NCBI GenBank assembly: GCA_000182565.2
Contig: KQ257453.1
Strand: one strand, 5' to 3'
From: Spizellomyces punctatus DAOM BR117
Taxonomy: Eukaryota
Length of the DNA stretch: 64,000 nt
How positions within the stretch are numbered: position 1 is the stretch's first letter; each line of letters starts with the position of its first letter. Under the pieces are notes generated by a model that did not search any database, had not been told where the DNA came from, and saw only the letters and a program-made list of their open reading frames with translations. Position numbers and translations under genes: made by a program. Shown one piece after another: positions 1 to 13,426 of this stretch.

Positions 1-928
1 ACGGTAAGAAGCATATAATGCAACGACCGTTGCAACTTACAGCGTCCGAAGGTTCCATAACTGCATAGATCCCTGCTGGCTCCCAAAAAGGATTTTATTC
101 AAATACGTGCTCGGGTGCATAGCGCACGTTACTCGAAATGATTCTGGAAAAGTAAGCTCATTGTACAATTCTACAATTGATATCAATTAGCATTAACTAC
201 GCACACACAGGCATCGTTTTCACTCACCTCCGATCGTATGATCCCATATTCTGACCACATTGTCCTTACAAAGTGCCAGCAACAGGTTGCCAAAGACGAC
301 GAGGGAGAAGATTGCTGCATCTGAATCGGACACATATCTTGCAACCTGTACATCCAGTAAGTACTTTGCCCTGTGCTGAAATATACTTTCCAATAACATA
401 CCTCCTTTCCCCGCTCCGCCACGGATATGTGTGATCCCGTAGCCGCAAATACTCGATCTTTGAAAACGGCCACAGCCGAGACGGGCTCCGCGCTTTGAGG
501 ACCTTCAAGTACAATGAGTTGAGCATAAACAGCGCACTCCCTCATGAGTCACATAGCTCACACCCATATCCACCCATACCAGTAAATAGTAGACTCAGCT
601 TCTCGCCCTAAAAAACAGTCTGCTCAGCACCAGTGATAGTTACGAAATGCATCCGTAGATCCCTTACATCATAGATATGAAATGCATTCCCCACAGAAGT
701 GGTAATAGCATGCGCTTGTCCCCGAACCTGCACGCATATAGGTACGTCCGCTGTCACGTATCCTATCGCTCGAAAAGGCTGGAAGATTTTTGAACCTGCC
801 AAGTTGGGAAATGTCAGGTTGCCTTCGATGACCATTAGAGAGCAATGAGGGGGTGAGTACATACGCCTGGTACGAGCTGTTGTTCTGTCCTTGCTGTCAA
901 ACGTATTGGGGAAGGTAGCAGCGACCAT
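1..928 (-). CDS. UTP21: U3 snoRNA-associated WD40 protein Utp21/WDR36, 5' part (multi-exon, runs off the left edge)
   Basis: Exon translation SKIFQPFRAIGYVTADVP...ITTSVGNAFHIYD matches the conserved Utp21 N-terminus; further WD-like exons (VSAVAVFKDRVFAATG); candidate ATG at 928. Confidence 0.8.
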
Positions 929-1144
929 TGTTGTGACAAAGACAACAAGCACAGGTGGTTATAGCGCAAAGGTAATCGCTGCCCGATCATTTACGCTTAC
1001 GCGATAACCAAAAAAAAGGTGAATTTCATAAATTTCAAATATAGTGACATTCATTGCACAGCCACCAGATCTACATAACCCAAGGTGTTCAACCCGAATA
1101 TGCCATTTCTCGTCCACAGCACAGTTGCGATGTGCTGCCAGCGT

Positions 1145-2350
1145 CATGCGTACGGAAAGGACGCAAGCAAGCACTGTTCTTCATGAGCTATTTTGTTTCC
1201 TGAGGAAACTGCACGGACCATTCGCGGGATATCCCTGGTTTAAACTCGTAAAAGCGATGGTGTAGAGCTGGTCATTATGACAATTATACATGCTGACACT
1301 GCTGATACCTATGCCCATTGTAGAGCGCCAAGTGCTACTGAAAGACCGTAATCTGTTACATATTACACTTCGAACTGCGGTACTACTAGAAATCCATTCA
1401 TCCCAAAGAACTAAAGGAATCCTAATCTATCTTGCTATATATGCATTCAGCCGCGTCACGTCAGTTGTAGAACAGCGATAGAAAGGAAGCTAGATATCTT
1501 GTCCTCCCATATGTTGACGATCGAGGGGGAAGGCTCGTAATATTGACCAAAATGATGTTGATGACTTGGGGACGCGCCAATCGAGAACATAGTTGGGATG
1601 AAGATCCAATGATGACCCGGAAAATCACCAGTTGTGCAACGAACATGGTTTACTTTGTTCCCCCTTGGGTCCCGCCAGACTGGGAGCTTACTCCAGTTGA
1701 GCGTGCTTGAACGATCAGGTAATGCTCGAGGAGCGGACGACTGTCCGCCAAACAGGGCATTAGAACTCTTATCAAGCACCAGAACGCAATCATACCAGAC
1801 CTACCTAACGTTGGTATAAGAGTATACTTGACCATCTGACATACGCATTTTCAGCTAGGCATTAACATGTCAAAAGTCTCTGCGTCAACGTACCAGGCAT
1901 CTTGACTTTAACAACTAGGTCTGGAGAAAGTCGTCATTGTAAGAGCAGCTACAAATACTTAACGGAAGAATGTAACGATGATACCCACTTTGATTGGTGG
2001 TATGGGACTTGTATTCTTCAATGATCCCTCCAGCATTCATCGCTTCTTGAAAACTCGTTTTAGGTCGTCCCATTTACAATCTTCATAAACCCCCTGCAGC
2101 GATTTCATGTATTATGCACCGGATAAAAGAACCTTTTAAACACTGTTCCCGAATAAAGTCGACAGATGTCGTCACGGTATCTTGGGCAATCATCGTAACT
2201 GCTGATGTCGTCCGCCCAAGACGTGCAGTGCGTGTGCTTGGTGTGAAACTCGCATGACACTTCTGATGCCTGATGTCTAAATGACAAGCGTGTAAACACC
2301 CACGGACGAGGGCCCGGAGGTTGAGGGCTTCGACAGTTCAACCTAGTCAT
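1145..2350 (-). CDS. Possible multi-exon hypothetical gene
   Basis: Open stretch 1456-1800 (VWYDCVLVLDKSSN...HWIFIPTMF) plus several short GT-AG-bounded segments; no family recognised and the model is uncertain. Confidence 0.25.
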
Positions 2351-3510
2351 GGGAGTCTAAATGTAAGACATTCTTGTGAACGCAACCAAGGAATAACTAG
2401 TGGCGTTCAGTAGCAAACGTCACCCGGACAAAAGGACATCAAGACGTCAAAGCGGCAGTTTGTAGCAAAATGTTTCCCATCTCAAAGCCTCAGCCGGATT
2501 ACCGTTCCCCGAACAAGCCCTCCTCAACTGCACGCCTACGTGACGACAATCGCTAAACGTCGGAAAAGGCTTGTACATGTTACGTACTCATGATTGTCTT
2601 TTTTAGAGTTTTTCTATATTGTTACATAGCATCATTGCACCAAACTTCTTAACGGTTATCTAATGCCATGGACGTCGTCACTCCCAGTCACAACGGGGTT
2701 AAAACGGTATTTTTACCGCAGCCAGCCAGGTTGTTATCTGTTAGAGCTTACATAAGCTTATGTCCGACAGGGCTCGAGGTGTTCAGCAAAGTGTTCATCA
2801 GATATGAAAGAGAAGTTGACTTGACATGCAGACCTAAAAAGCGAACATCTCAAACAGCACTCAAAGCAACAGGCGCAACTCTGATCCTCAGTTGCTAAAT
2901 CGGTCCAGAGCTACCAAGGGCGCTTGGCAGCATCTCGGCTCATCTGAATGACGCCACTACCCTAATTCACTACCCAATACACAATATACAATCCCAAATT
3001 ATCACAGACGAGGTCCCTGATGCTGGTTTCAAATCACGGAATAAACGATCGGTTTCTTGTGAACGCTTTGCTACCCTTTAATGAGCCACAATAGTCGCTG
3101 AGCGAGGTTGTATAGAGTAAGAATACTTGGGCATCTTGGTTCATTCCTAGCAGCATTAGGGACGTTGTTCGTCATTATATCGTAAGCGCATTGTTCGGCA
3201 ATTGACGATCATAATGAGAACGGATCAACAAGGGGGACCGTCATCCTCGCACAGGGTAATCGCTGCTGCATACCCAAGGAGCCATGAGTCTGAGCCGCAA
3301 TTGAATGGGGCCGAAGCACTGTCAGCTAGACGTGGAGTGATTCGTCCAAAAAGCGCTGGTGTATGTTGGCATTTTTGAGGGTTTTTATTGGAAGCTTTGG
3401 AATCTGGTCTTGACAACTCATGGTTTCCTGTCATGCTGTTCAAATAGCCAAGAACTGTAACATCGGAAGCCAACCTATATCCCGTCCGACACTTCCAACG
3501 ACAAACATCA

Positions 3511-6500
3511 ATGGCTGTAAGTCATGCAGTATTCGACATCGTTGAGATATTACCCTCCTTGTTGACGCTTGGGATTCGATTTGTCGCAGGATGGAATACG
3601 ACCTGATCATGGGCGAGCATCCTCTGGGCCTACCAAATCCGCCGCTTCTTCCACCGGCACCGTCGACCGACCCCCATGTGAGCCACCTGAAACTCTGACG
3701 TCGCCGCCAGGGCAATCCATCTGGACACGCTTCAAACGTAGTGGACCTTGGACAGGCTCATCGAAAAAGGAGCTGAACTTGGGTAGCATTGATGATTTAC
3801 AGCTGGCTCGTATCGAGGAGGGATCGCCGAGACCTAACCCTGTCGGAAAGCGGAAGGGAAACAGGCGTCCCCGTTCCGCGACGTTTGGACAACACAGTGA
3901 AAGAAGACTTGGTCAGGATGGCGGGAAAGGAAGATGGTGGGCCGGTAGTACGCACCAGATGGGATCATCAGTCGCCAACGGGGTAGCCGAAGAGGAATTT
4001 CAGGATAGTTTTGTGGATGACCCCGTCGCTGAAGGCCGAGACGACATTACCTGCGAATTTGACGTGATAAGAAACCTTCGCAGTGCACCTGTGGAAAATG
4101 CCGACGAGTCATCCACGCATGTTTTGGGTGGTCCACAGGATTACTTGCAGACCACCATGCAGGACCTCTTTGCTCGCGCCTCTTTTGCGACTAGAACATC
4201 CATGATAATGCCGGGAATTCCGTCTACGGCACCCTATAATCCTCGCAGAGCTGTTCTCTCGACAGGGATATCGGCAGCGGGCGGCATGTACGGGAATATA
4301 CAATCTTCTCGACGATTAAGTGATCGAGGCGACGGCGTGCGCTCTCTTACTGATCGCTCACCGCATATATCTATAGGGGGGCAGAGTGGATCACTTCGAG
4401 CGTCCCGTGCATCGTCTAATGCCGTTCTTTCCAGCACTGACGGGAATAGGGCGGAAAGAGTTTCCATATCTGGCCTCATCTCCGAAACAACCCTCCCAGA
4501 GCAAATGATTCCTCCAACACCCGAAGCACCCTCAATTCTTTCGCCTACATTGCAGTTAGCTCCTTGGGTCAATTTTCCCCTCATGGATTCACCCAGTACC
4601 GAACTGACCGACCCAATAGCAAGAACTTCCCAAAATGCTCTCCCTGCTGTATCAGACACACTCATGAGATCCGAATCTGCCATCAGCAAAAGCGACACGC
4701 ATCCCCCACTTTCCGTTTATCTCAAACCACTAGATACACCAAACGTCCTACTTGGTGCAAACCTTGACATCGACTCGGGACTCACGCCCCGTCACTCCGA
4801 GCATGTTCCAGCACTGGCAAGCGACGAACCGGCACAAGTCGAGCATGAGAAAAGTAAGTCGGCAGTCATACCGGCCGTCAAACCCACAGGCTTGGAGCCC
4901 CCCGATTTGAGCGCATCATCGTTGAATTTCGAAGGTGGTGTGTTACCAACTAAATATGTTGCGAGAGGGTCAGAGGTTAAGAAAGGCACATTTGTTAAGC
5001 GGAAAAGTCGGGCAGATGGACTGGCGTTGGAGGAGAGTGACGGCGCAGCGCCAGAGGTGATTAGGAAGAAACCATTGTCCGTCTGGAAGGCCATCAAACA
5101 GCCATTGAGTGTAAGTGTGCTTTAGACAACCTCTGGAACTTGGAATTACCAGCAGCATTTAATATCCTCTAACACGACGTATCCGTTTTACAGGAAAGCC
5201 CTTCAACAGGCTGGAATCTTCGCTTCACGTACCCCATCGAGAATCTCTATCGTGTCTGGTTGTTCCACCTCTGGGTGAAGCCGTTTCAAGCAACCGTCTT
5301 GTCCCTCTTGGTGTTTTTCTGGCTTGTCTGGTTTGTGATCGAATTCTTTGTTTTCGAGACAAGGCCCTTGCCCGTTCATTTGGGTTCGGGATTGGTCAAT
5401 ATTACCGGAATTATCGGAATATGTTGGAGTTTCAGGGAGAGTTGGGAGCGGAGATGGAATGCATTTATGCAGATCTTTTTTGTCATGATGGCACTAGAAA
5501 CGCTGAATTACAGTGCACACTATTTATTCCATGCTCTAAGTTTTGATGTAAGTTCTTCCATTGTCAACTCATGAGTGTCCCATTATTTTTTAATGCATGT
5601 CCTATCGCTTTAGCCCGAGCGCATCAAGTATGGGAGTAACTCAAACCGCTTCATCTTTATCCAAACCTGCATCGCTGCATTTGGCCAAGTTCCTTTTTAC
5701 AACTATGCCATGCTCATGTGGGTATTCCTCATCGGCCAAATCGTCATCGAGGGAATAGCCTTGCTCCCTCAGGGCTACGACGTTAAACCCTTGGTAGCAA
5801 ACTGGGTGTTTTATACGGCTGCAACGGTTGTTGGTACCTATTTTAGGTACACCGGTGAAGTACACTTGCGAAAGGCTTTTATTAAGTAAGCTCATGATAT
5901 CGGTTTTGTTTTCGAAAACAACTATCTAATAGGTCCATTTGTAAAAATAGATATCGAATAGCCTACCGCAATCAAGCTCGCCTCTTTGCCGCCCGAGAAC
6001 AAAGCGAATACCTTCTTTCCATGATTCTTCCCGCCAAAGTTATCGAAACTCTACATAGTTTACAAGGAAAAGTGAGCGATCGGTTGATTCTAAGTACTCA
6101 CGAGACGTTTTTGGAATTGAGGGGTGTTACGGTGATGTTTGCAGATCTTGTGGGGTAAGTCTTCACGTTTGTCATTGGGTTTCAAATCAAGTTGGAGGCA
6201 GTATTCGGACTTTTGGATCCAGATTTACAGAATTTTCATCGTCGATTACAGCTGATGCTTTGGTATGTTTATTGTTTATCTCAATATTTATTGTGAATAT
6301 TGAAGATTTCAACTATATATTTGCCAGGTGGAAATCCTCAGTGAGCTTTTCTCAGAATTCGACGCCCTCGTCACTGAGCTCGGTCTCGAAACCGTAAGAA
6401 CTCCCGTCTCCTTCGTCTTTCAAGCGTAAACCACTAACCTCACTCAGCAACTTAGATAAAAACCATAGGCGACTGCGTTCAAATTGCAGGCGGGGTTCCC

Positions 6501-9105
6501 GAACAGCTTGAAACCGAGGAGCTCATTGCTGATCATGCTGAGCGTGTGTGCGCAATGGCACTTATTATGCTGACGACCACTCGTCGTGTCAGTGCAAGTC
6601 TCGGTAGGCAATTGAGGCTCAGGATTGGTATACATACCGGGACGGTGATTGGGGGTGTAATGGGCCTATGGAAGTTCAAATATGGTATGTTGTTGCACGT
6701 GTATTACTTTGTGGCAAATGAGATTGGCTTATGAGATACTTCAAGACATTTGGTCCCGCGATGTTGACATCGCTTCCATTATGGAGCAAACTGGTCGCCC
6801 CAACATTCCCCACGTAAGCGAACAAACTTACACCCTCCTCCAAAACCGCCTCTCCCTATCCTTCATGCCAGCACCCGATGTAGCCGCGTTTGGTCACCCG
6901 ATAAAAACGTATGAGATGCTTGTTCTAGAAGAGGAAGGTGATGCATTGGAGAGACTTGCTGCTCGTTTGCGGATACAAGGAGAACTGCCGGCATTGCATG
7001 GCAAGCGGACTGGATCGTCTGGACATGGATCAGGAGAGGCTGTCACTGCAGCGGCGGTGCGACAGGCATTTGGGGCGTCGAATGCAATGGTGTTTACCGA
7101 CTTGCCCAATTCGATGGGGAAGAGGAATGCACCTGGGAAGAATAATCTTGGAAATACCGTGAACAATTTTGAAAACAGCATCAATTTCTTGACATGTAAG
7201 AGACTTTTGGTGCATGGGTTTACTGTTTGCGGCACTGACTTTCCCAATTTTGTTACAGCTGAGTTCAAAGACCATATAATGGAAAGAGATTATCGCGACA
7301 ATTATATCCGCAACTGGCCAGGAGCCCTCATCTTTGCCTCTGGCATCGTCTTCTTCGTCTACGTTTGCATCTTTTACGTTCACATCTCCATCTTTGAGGA
7401 CGCTTCTCCAGCCATCTTTGCCGTAGAGGCCGTCATTGGCTTTACACTCTTACTTGACATCATTTTCGCATACCGTTTAAACCGACCGCTTCGGGAACAG
7501 TTTATTAGAGTCATGGATAAGGGCGATCGACTGGCTTCTGCATTGTGGATGACATCTACGGAGGAAGTAGGAAGAAAGTCTGACGAGCATGGCGACTTAA
7601 ATTCTGCGGCCCATGATCCATGGCGGTGGTTCCGTCCAAATGTATTTGCTCTTTCGACTATTACGGCTGTTTTCCTTTCTACATGTCTGCACCTTTCCGG
7701 GACGCAACCTGAGACCCTGACGTACCATAGTGGCTGCATGGTGCTCTGCATCGTAGCATGCCTCGTCTATCCCGGCGTCAAAATCGTTTATATCAATTTT
7801 GCCATCGTTCTCTTTACGTTTACCTTTTTTATCGCTCAAATGTGTGTTATTGTCTACAAGTACGGATCCGTTCAGCAAAACCATACTATTATGGGTGTCT
7901 TACCAGATATGGGGCTGATGGGTTTGGTCCTCGTTGCCGTGGTACGAGCCAACAGAAGCTACGATATTATCAGCCGAATGAACTTTTACATCAAGCGTCA
8001 AACGGAGGTGGATTACGCAGAAACGAAGCGGACGCAGGCGGCCGCAGAGCGGATGTTATTAAATATTTTGCCATTGAGAGTTGTTCAAAGGTTGAAGGAC
8101 AACCCAGCGACGCATATTGCTGACGATAAGGCGGAAGTATCGATCTTGTTTGCGTTTATATCAAACTGTAGAGTATCTCTCCCGCCATATACTTATCGCG
8201 CTCTATCGATTCGCTCATTGCTGATTCTGCCTTACTTCAATCTTTCTAGTTGGTCCTTCGGACGATGCTAGCGAGATTGAAAACATTTGGACGTTGAACG
8301 ACATTATCTGCGACATTGATGCGCTGGCGCGGTCGCGGAGTGTAGAAAAGATTAAAACCATTGGTATAACCAAGCTTCTCTTCCCGCTTGTGTGGAAGCT
8401 AATATGACATGTATACCTCAGGAACTAAATACATGGCCATGGCCGAACCGCAGCCGGATGTCCCAGAGCATCACTTGCAACGGTTATGCGACTTTGCGCT
8501 TGATTTGCTGGTACGCTATCAACATATTCGAGTGGCTTCATCCACCGAAAATGTAGTTAATGTAGTTGCTGATGACTAGGACGTTGTACGAGCGTTCAAT
8601 GCTCGATCTGGACAGAGTTTCGCTCTGAGGACGGGAATACATGGTAAGAATAACATTCGGTAATGGAGATGACTTCTGCTGTGCCATACCTAACCTACAT
8701 TGCAACAGTCGGTCCAGCGGTTTGTGGTCTGATCGGAACCCGAACCGTAAGCGTCTCCTTGCAATTACTCGATGTACGCTCTTGACTGATCACATGCTAT
8801 CACAGTTTACATTCGATGTTTGGGGCGATACCGTCAACGTAGCATCTCGAATGGAAAGCACAGGCCTTGACGAGCACATTCAAGTAACCCAAGCTGTATA
8901 CGACACTCTTAAAGATAGGTACCGTTTTAAACCACGAGGACGGGTGTATGTCAAGGGCAAAGGGGAGCTGGACACGTATTTCTTGTTGGGGCCAAATGAT
9001 GGATCGCTGAGGAGGAGAAGCCAGAGGAGGGTGTCGATGGTGAGGGATTCTCCAAGATCGAGAAGAGCGAGCAGTGCGGTGAAACCAGGTGTTGTGGAAG
9101 AGTAA
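3511..9105 (+). CDS. Transmembrane class III adenylyl cyclase with two TM clusters and two catalytic domains (C1, C2), after a long disordered N-terminus
   Basis: ATG GCT at 3511, in-frame intron 3517-3589. C1: VMFADLVGFTEFSS, IKTIGDCVQ, RIGIHTG, KFKYDIWSRDVDIASIMEQTG. C2: LLNILP, VSILFAFISN, EKIKTIGTKYMA, GIHVGP, FDVWGDTVNVASRMESTG, RGRVYVKGKGELDTYFL. Hydrophobic helices at ~5260-5860 and ~7320-7950. Confidence 0.92.
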
Positions 9106-9610
9106 GGGTTTGGTAATCATTCAAGGTCGCTCGGGCGAGGGATGGGTATAGTTTTGCGGTTGTGTATATGTATTCTGTGTATAGTGATGCTCGGGACTGA
9201 GTTGTTTTTTGGATAGAGGGGCAATTTGAGGAGTAATTGTTTGAAATGAAATGAGATTATCGTCACTGCCACGGTCATCCTCATCATGGCAGATTGCAGG
9301 TTATCACAGATCCCAGCTTTTATGTCTCTTTGTACAGTAAATAGGAGCTAACCGCTTTGTTTTTTTTTTTCATATTCTTTATTTTTACTGATAATCACTT
9401 ATACAAAGAATCTGACAAAAAAAAATGGGTAACATAAAATACTAAGAGTAAAAAATATCATTCTAATCAATTAACCATCCATTATCCCTTCCCTCCACTC
9501 CAACTCCAAACCTTTGGCATACAGGTATATCTACATAGTCCGAATCATTTCGTTTATACAAGTAGGAGGTCATCCTTTATCGAATTATCGAGGTATTACG
9601 GGTGATGCCT

Positions 9611-9913
9611 TTATAGTCGGTTTGCTGTCGGAACAAATATTGTTGCGGTGAATGGCGGGGGCTTTAGGTCTTTGGCTTTTTGCTTTTTGTCCGACTTTGA
9701 TTTCGTAGATGTCGTAGATTCCGTATCGACCGAACTCAATCGTGCGCCTTCAAACATCATTGGACAGGGGATCGATGAGCTGTAAATGCCTTGGGAAGCT
9801 CCGCTCTTTGCCGCTGATTGGTTTTGCACGAGCTGGGTAGTGTCACTGTGTTCCGATGCGTTATCCGAGCCGGGCTTCACTTTGCCCTTTGTAAGTTTCT
9901 TGAAAAAGCTCAT
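9611..9913 (-). CDS. Small intronless hypothetical protein (~100 aa, MSFFKKLTKGK...)
   Basis: ATG at 9913 with an A/C-rich leader and a TATAAAA about 140 bp upstream; Ser/Lys-rich, no known domain. Confidence 0.5.
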   Translation of the reverse strand: MSFFKKLTKGKVKPGSDNASEHSDTTQLVQNQSAAKSGASQGIYSSSIPCPMMFEGARLSSVDTESTTSTKSKSDKKQKAKDLKPPPFTATIFVPTANRL

Positions 9914-11960
9914 CGTGTTTTGAATGTTGGTTTTAATCGCTGTAGTAGCTGGGATGGTAGTGATTTTGTTGTTTACTAGGTTGGTAGTAATGTGGCTATC
10001 TGAATGAGTTGCTGATGATGAAAAAGAAACAGAGTTGGATGTCCTCCTTTTATAATGCTCATGTCCTCCTCCATCTCTCCTTTGGCCAAGACTCCCCACG
10101 TTCAGTCGTAAGTGACGTGGGCCGTGGACGAGTCATGAAATGAGAGGTGGATCAGCGCCAATTACAAAAAAAAAAAGAAACCAATGCCCAAATAGCCACG
10201 TCTTTATTTCGAATCAGTTAACTGATCAAGAATACATGGGAGCAAGTCACCTATGTTTTTATTTTTTTCTTTGTAAGGTGCCCATTACGCATATTTGGCG
10301 ACTACTTCGTGGGCCAGCAGCTGAGGGGGGTGGAGCAGCAAAAAGGTGTGAAATGGAACACTTGCGCACAACGTAGGTTGCTGAGCTAAGCGGGGAATTC
10401 ATGACTTTTTCTGCAATGGACCCACGCGAGTTGGAGATTTGCTTTGGCCCACAGCCTTCTGCCCCCATGTTTTCTTTTTTTTTTTGGATTTTTATTTTTT
10501 ATATTACGAAACGGAGCAGAGCGACTGGTCCCGCATTGGTAAGTCAAAAGTCTAAGCCAATCCGATCAACATCCAGGCGCACATTTGGGGGACATTGGGG
10601 TCCATTGGACAATATTCATCAACAAGGCATCCACTCTTCGATGAGCACATGCTACCCTCCATTTAACAAGTTTCTTTGTTCTTTAAAGCGATACTGGAAC
10701 CCTTTCTCCGAGCAGAATGCTCACCTTGCCCAACTGCAATTCGCCTCTTGCCAACGTACTTGGGGGATAAGCAACCATGGTGAGGGCACTGGCAGCATTC
10801 GTCACTGTGTGTGACTGTGCCACATGCACAGTCACTTTCCATGTGAGAGATCTGTGCTTTCTCGGTGTGGATCGGCTGAACAAGTTGCACTTTTTCACCG
10901 TCCACATTATTCCAAACTGATACGATGACCTAGATGAGGAGTGTGCTATTTGGCAGTCGCTTGACTTGGTAGGAATCAAGAGTATGAAAACGGTATTTTC
11001 ATGTGGTGGAATGTTGCATCTCTAGAATCCTGTTGATGCGATACGATGCGTTTCCTTATCCACGAAACAGACCTTTTGAAGAGCCATGTAAAATGACCCT
11101 AATAAGCACTTTGCTCGGCTCACAGCAAGTCAGACATGGTGCGTGACATTGTAACATCTTGTGGGTCATCCATGAAACTCTTTCCATGCCATTGGCACAG
11201 TCCACCTAGCGATGAAGGACTAGGTGTGAAGCGTTAAAGTACCAGGAAATACGTACAAAGCAGGTACTCTTTGCTGTCATGATCCAGTTTGCGTATGTCC
11301 AAAATCAGTCGTAATACGTAGTGTGATCAAAACAAATCATGTTTGTTATTATTGAAAATTAGGGATCATTTCGTTTTCCTAATTATGCTTATAGTTCAGT
11401 CGTGGTTTCTGAACACTTTTTGAAATAACGCCTCGTGTCTCATTGATAACAAACGTAACGCTTTCTTTGTGTCCTTTTTCTGTCTTGTTATTTTCTTGTA
11501 CTTGTGTGGAAGCTTATTTGTTGCAAAGGAAAAAGCCCTTTTTTAACTCCATGTTCGTAGCTAGTAACCATATCATCCAACTTGTATCCATGGAGTATCT
11601 AAGTTATTTTCCAGAGTGCACACAGATCCCTGTGTGTTTTTTTCTTGTGCTTTTTTGGCACATATCCCCATTTTAAACAAATTTAAACTTTGACAAGGAA
11701 CGCAAGCGCCTCACCTTGTAGAGTCCCCCTCTTTTCTTCCTCCATACCTTCATATATACATAAAGCTGATCCGCCTCCCCTGGTACACTGTTGTTTGCTT
11801 ATTATACCAGTTTTCCAGAATCCAGAGGGCCGATATTTTCAGGACAGCCAACAAAATCCCGCCCAAATTCATCCGTTAACCTTTGATTCACCTCGGGTTT
11901 CCCCCATTTCCATCTCCTAGCGTCCAAAATACATTAGGGCGCACACTACTCTTGAGGCGG

Positions 11961-13216
11961 ATGAGCACAGACGAACCAGTCATCCCTCAACGAGACTGGC
12001 AGGTCGCTACGACAGCTGACCATGTCGCCATCTGGATCGGTACAGGCATATGGTGTATAGACGTCATCGCTGTTGTTTACGCCATAATCAACTATCGGTA
12101 TCCCCCACTGAAAGCCAAACAAGTTCACTTGATCGCCGTTGCGCTGGTGGCATCGATCTTGTGGTGGATCGGGAATCTGGTTAGTTGGTCGCACCTTGGA
12201 TTTTCTCTTTCTTATCACTTTCATTCATATCTTAATCCATTCGTTTTTATGACTGCAGCAAGCGACTGGAGCATTGGGTCATGTCGGCATCTTTCGCATC
12301 TGCCTCCTATGGGGAGTATGGGTTCAGGCCATTTTTGGAGTTCAGCTCCTCCTCACCGTCCTTGTCTACCGACTCTATAAACTCCACCGAATCCTGATCC
12401 AGGAAAAGCCTGCACGGGGATGGCAGTTTTGGACCACCGTGCTGATCTTTTGGCTCCCGATGCCTATAATAGGCCTGGCCGCGCATGTCTTAGGCGAGCA
12501 ACGGACGATCTATTATCATGCCGAGAATGATTGGTGTCAGTGGGCACCTATTTACAAGTATGCCATGTTGCCACTCCCAATTGTTGGTTTGAGTTTCCTA
12601 CTGGTGGGTTCATTTTCTCTGTCCTTGTTGATTTGGTACCAGATTCTGATATGTTACTTTTTACTTTTTTTTTCAGTGGCTAAATATTGCTCTTCGAAAT
12701 ACACGCAAGTCCTTTAATGAGTACAGGGAGCAACGCATTGGCTTTATTGTTTCCTTGATTGTGCTCGTCTCGTACACTCTCGTTGACGGAGTGTTTGTCG
12801 TAGCAAACGTAACGTATCCTCTACACACCTCTATCCCTCTTAGACATCTGACTTAAACGGATATTTTACTATATTAGAAACTTGTCTGGGCCCGCGTCCT
12901 CCAGGCCAGCCTGGTCCTCCTCGCCGGAAACATCTACTTTTGGGTAATGTTAGGCGGACCGCTCTTTGGATTTACCTTTGCCCGGGAAGCCTATCTCGAA
13001 AAGTTCCGCAAGGGGCTCACACTCTCCGCCCTGAACAAACTCTCTGAACCATGGCGAGGTAAAACGGGCATGACGAATGCCACGACGCGACAGACAAGTC
13101 AACCGAGCGCATTAAAATTGCCAGACGGGTTTGATGCAAGGTTTTCTATGCCTAGCCCAACTGAGTTTGAAGGTGGAACGAGCGAGTTAAGATTGATGAG
13201 AGCGGATCATGGGTAG
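11961..13216 (+). CDS. 7TM membrane protein, class C GPCR-like (no large ectodomain), 4 exons
   Basis: About seven hydrophobic helices; YPPLKAK after TM1, C..W..W in TM3, RLYKL, extracellular WC, and RKSFNEY before TM6, resembling the FNE motif of class C 7TM domains. Confidence 0.65.
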
Positions 13217-13426
13217 GTTTCCGGGATGTGGATGATGAGTATAACATAGTTGTAATGGGACTTTGTCGATACTGTAACAAGTGAAATGAATGCACCTCTT
13301 AGTGTTGTATTACACTGTAATTCAAATCAGTAGCTGCTAAAAGTTTGTTTTCAGGCACACAGGACATGTATTCAAAAACATGCACAAGGACACAACCAGA
13401 TCCCTTCCAGTAAGACTGTTGCTCTC

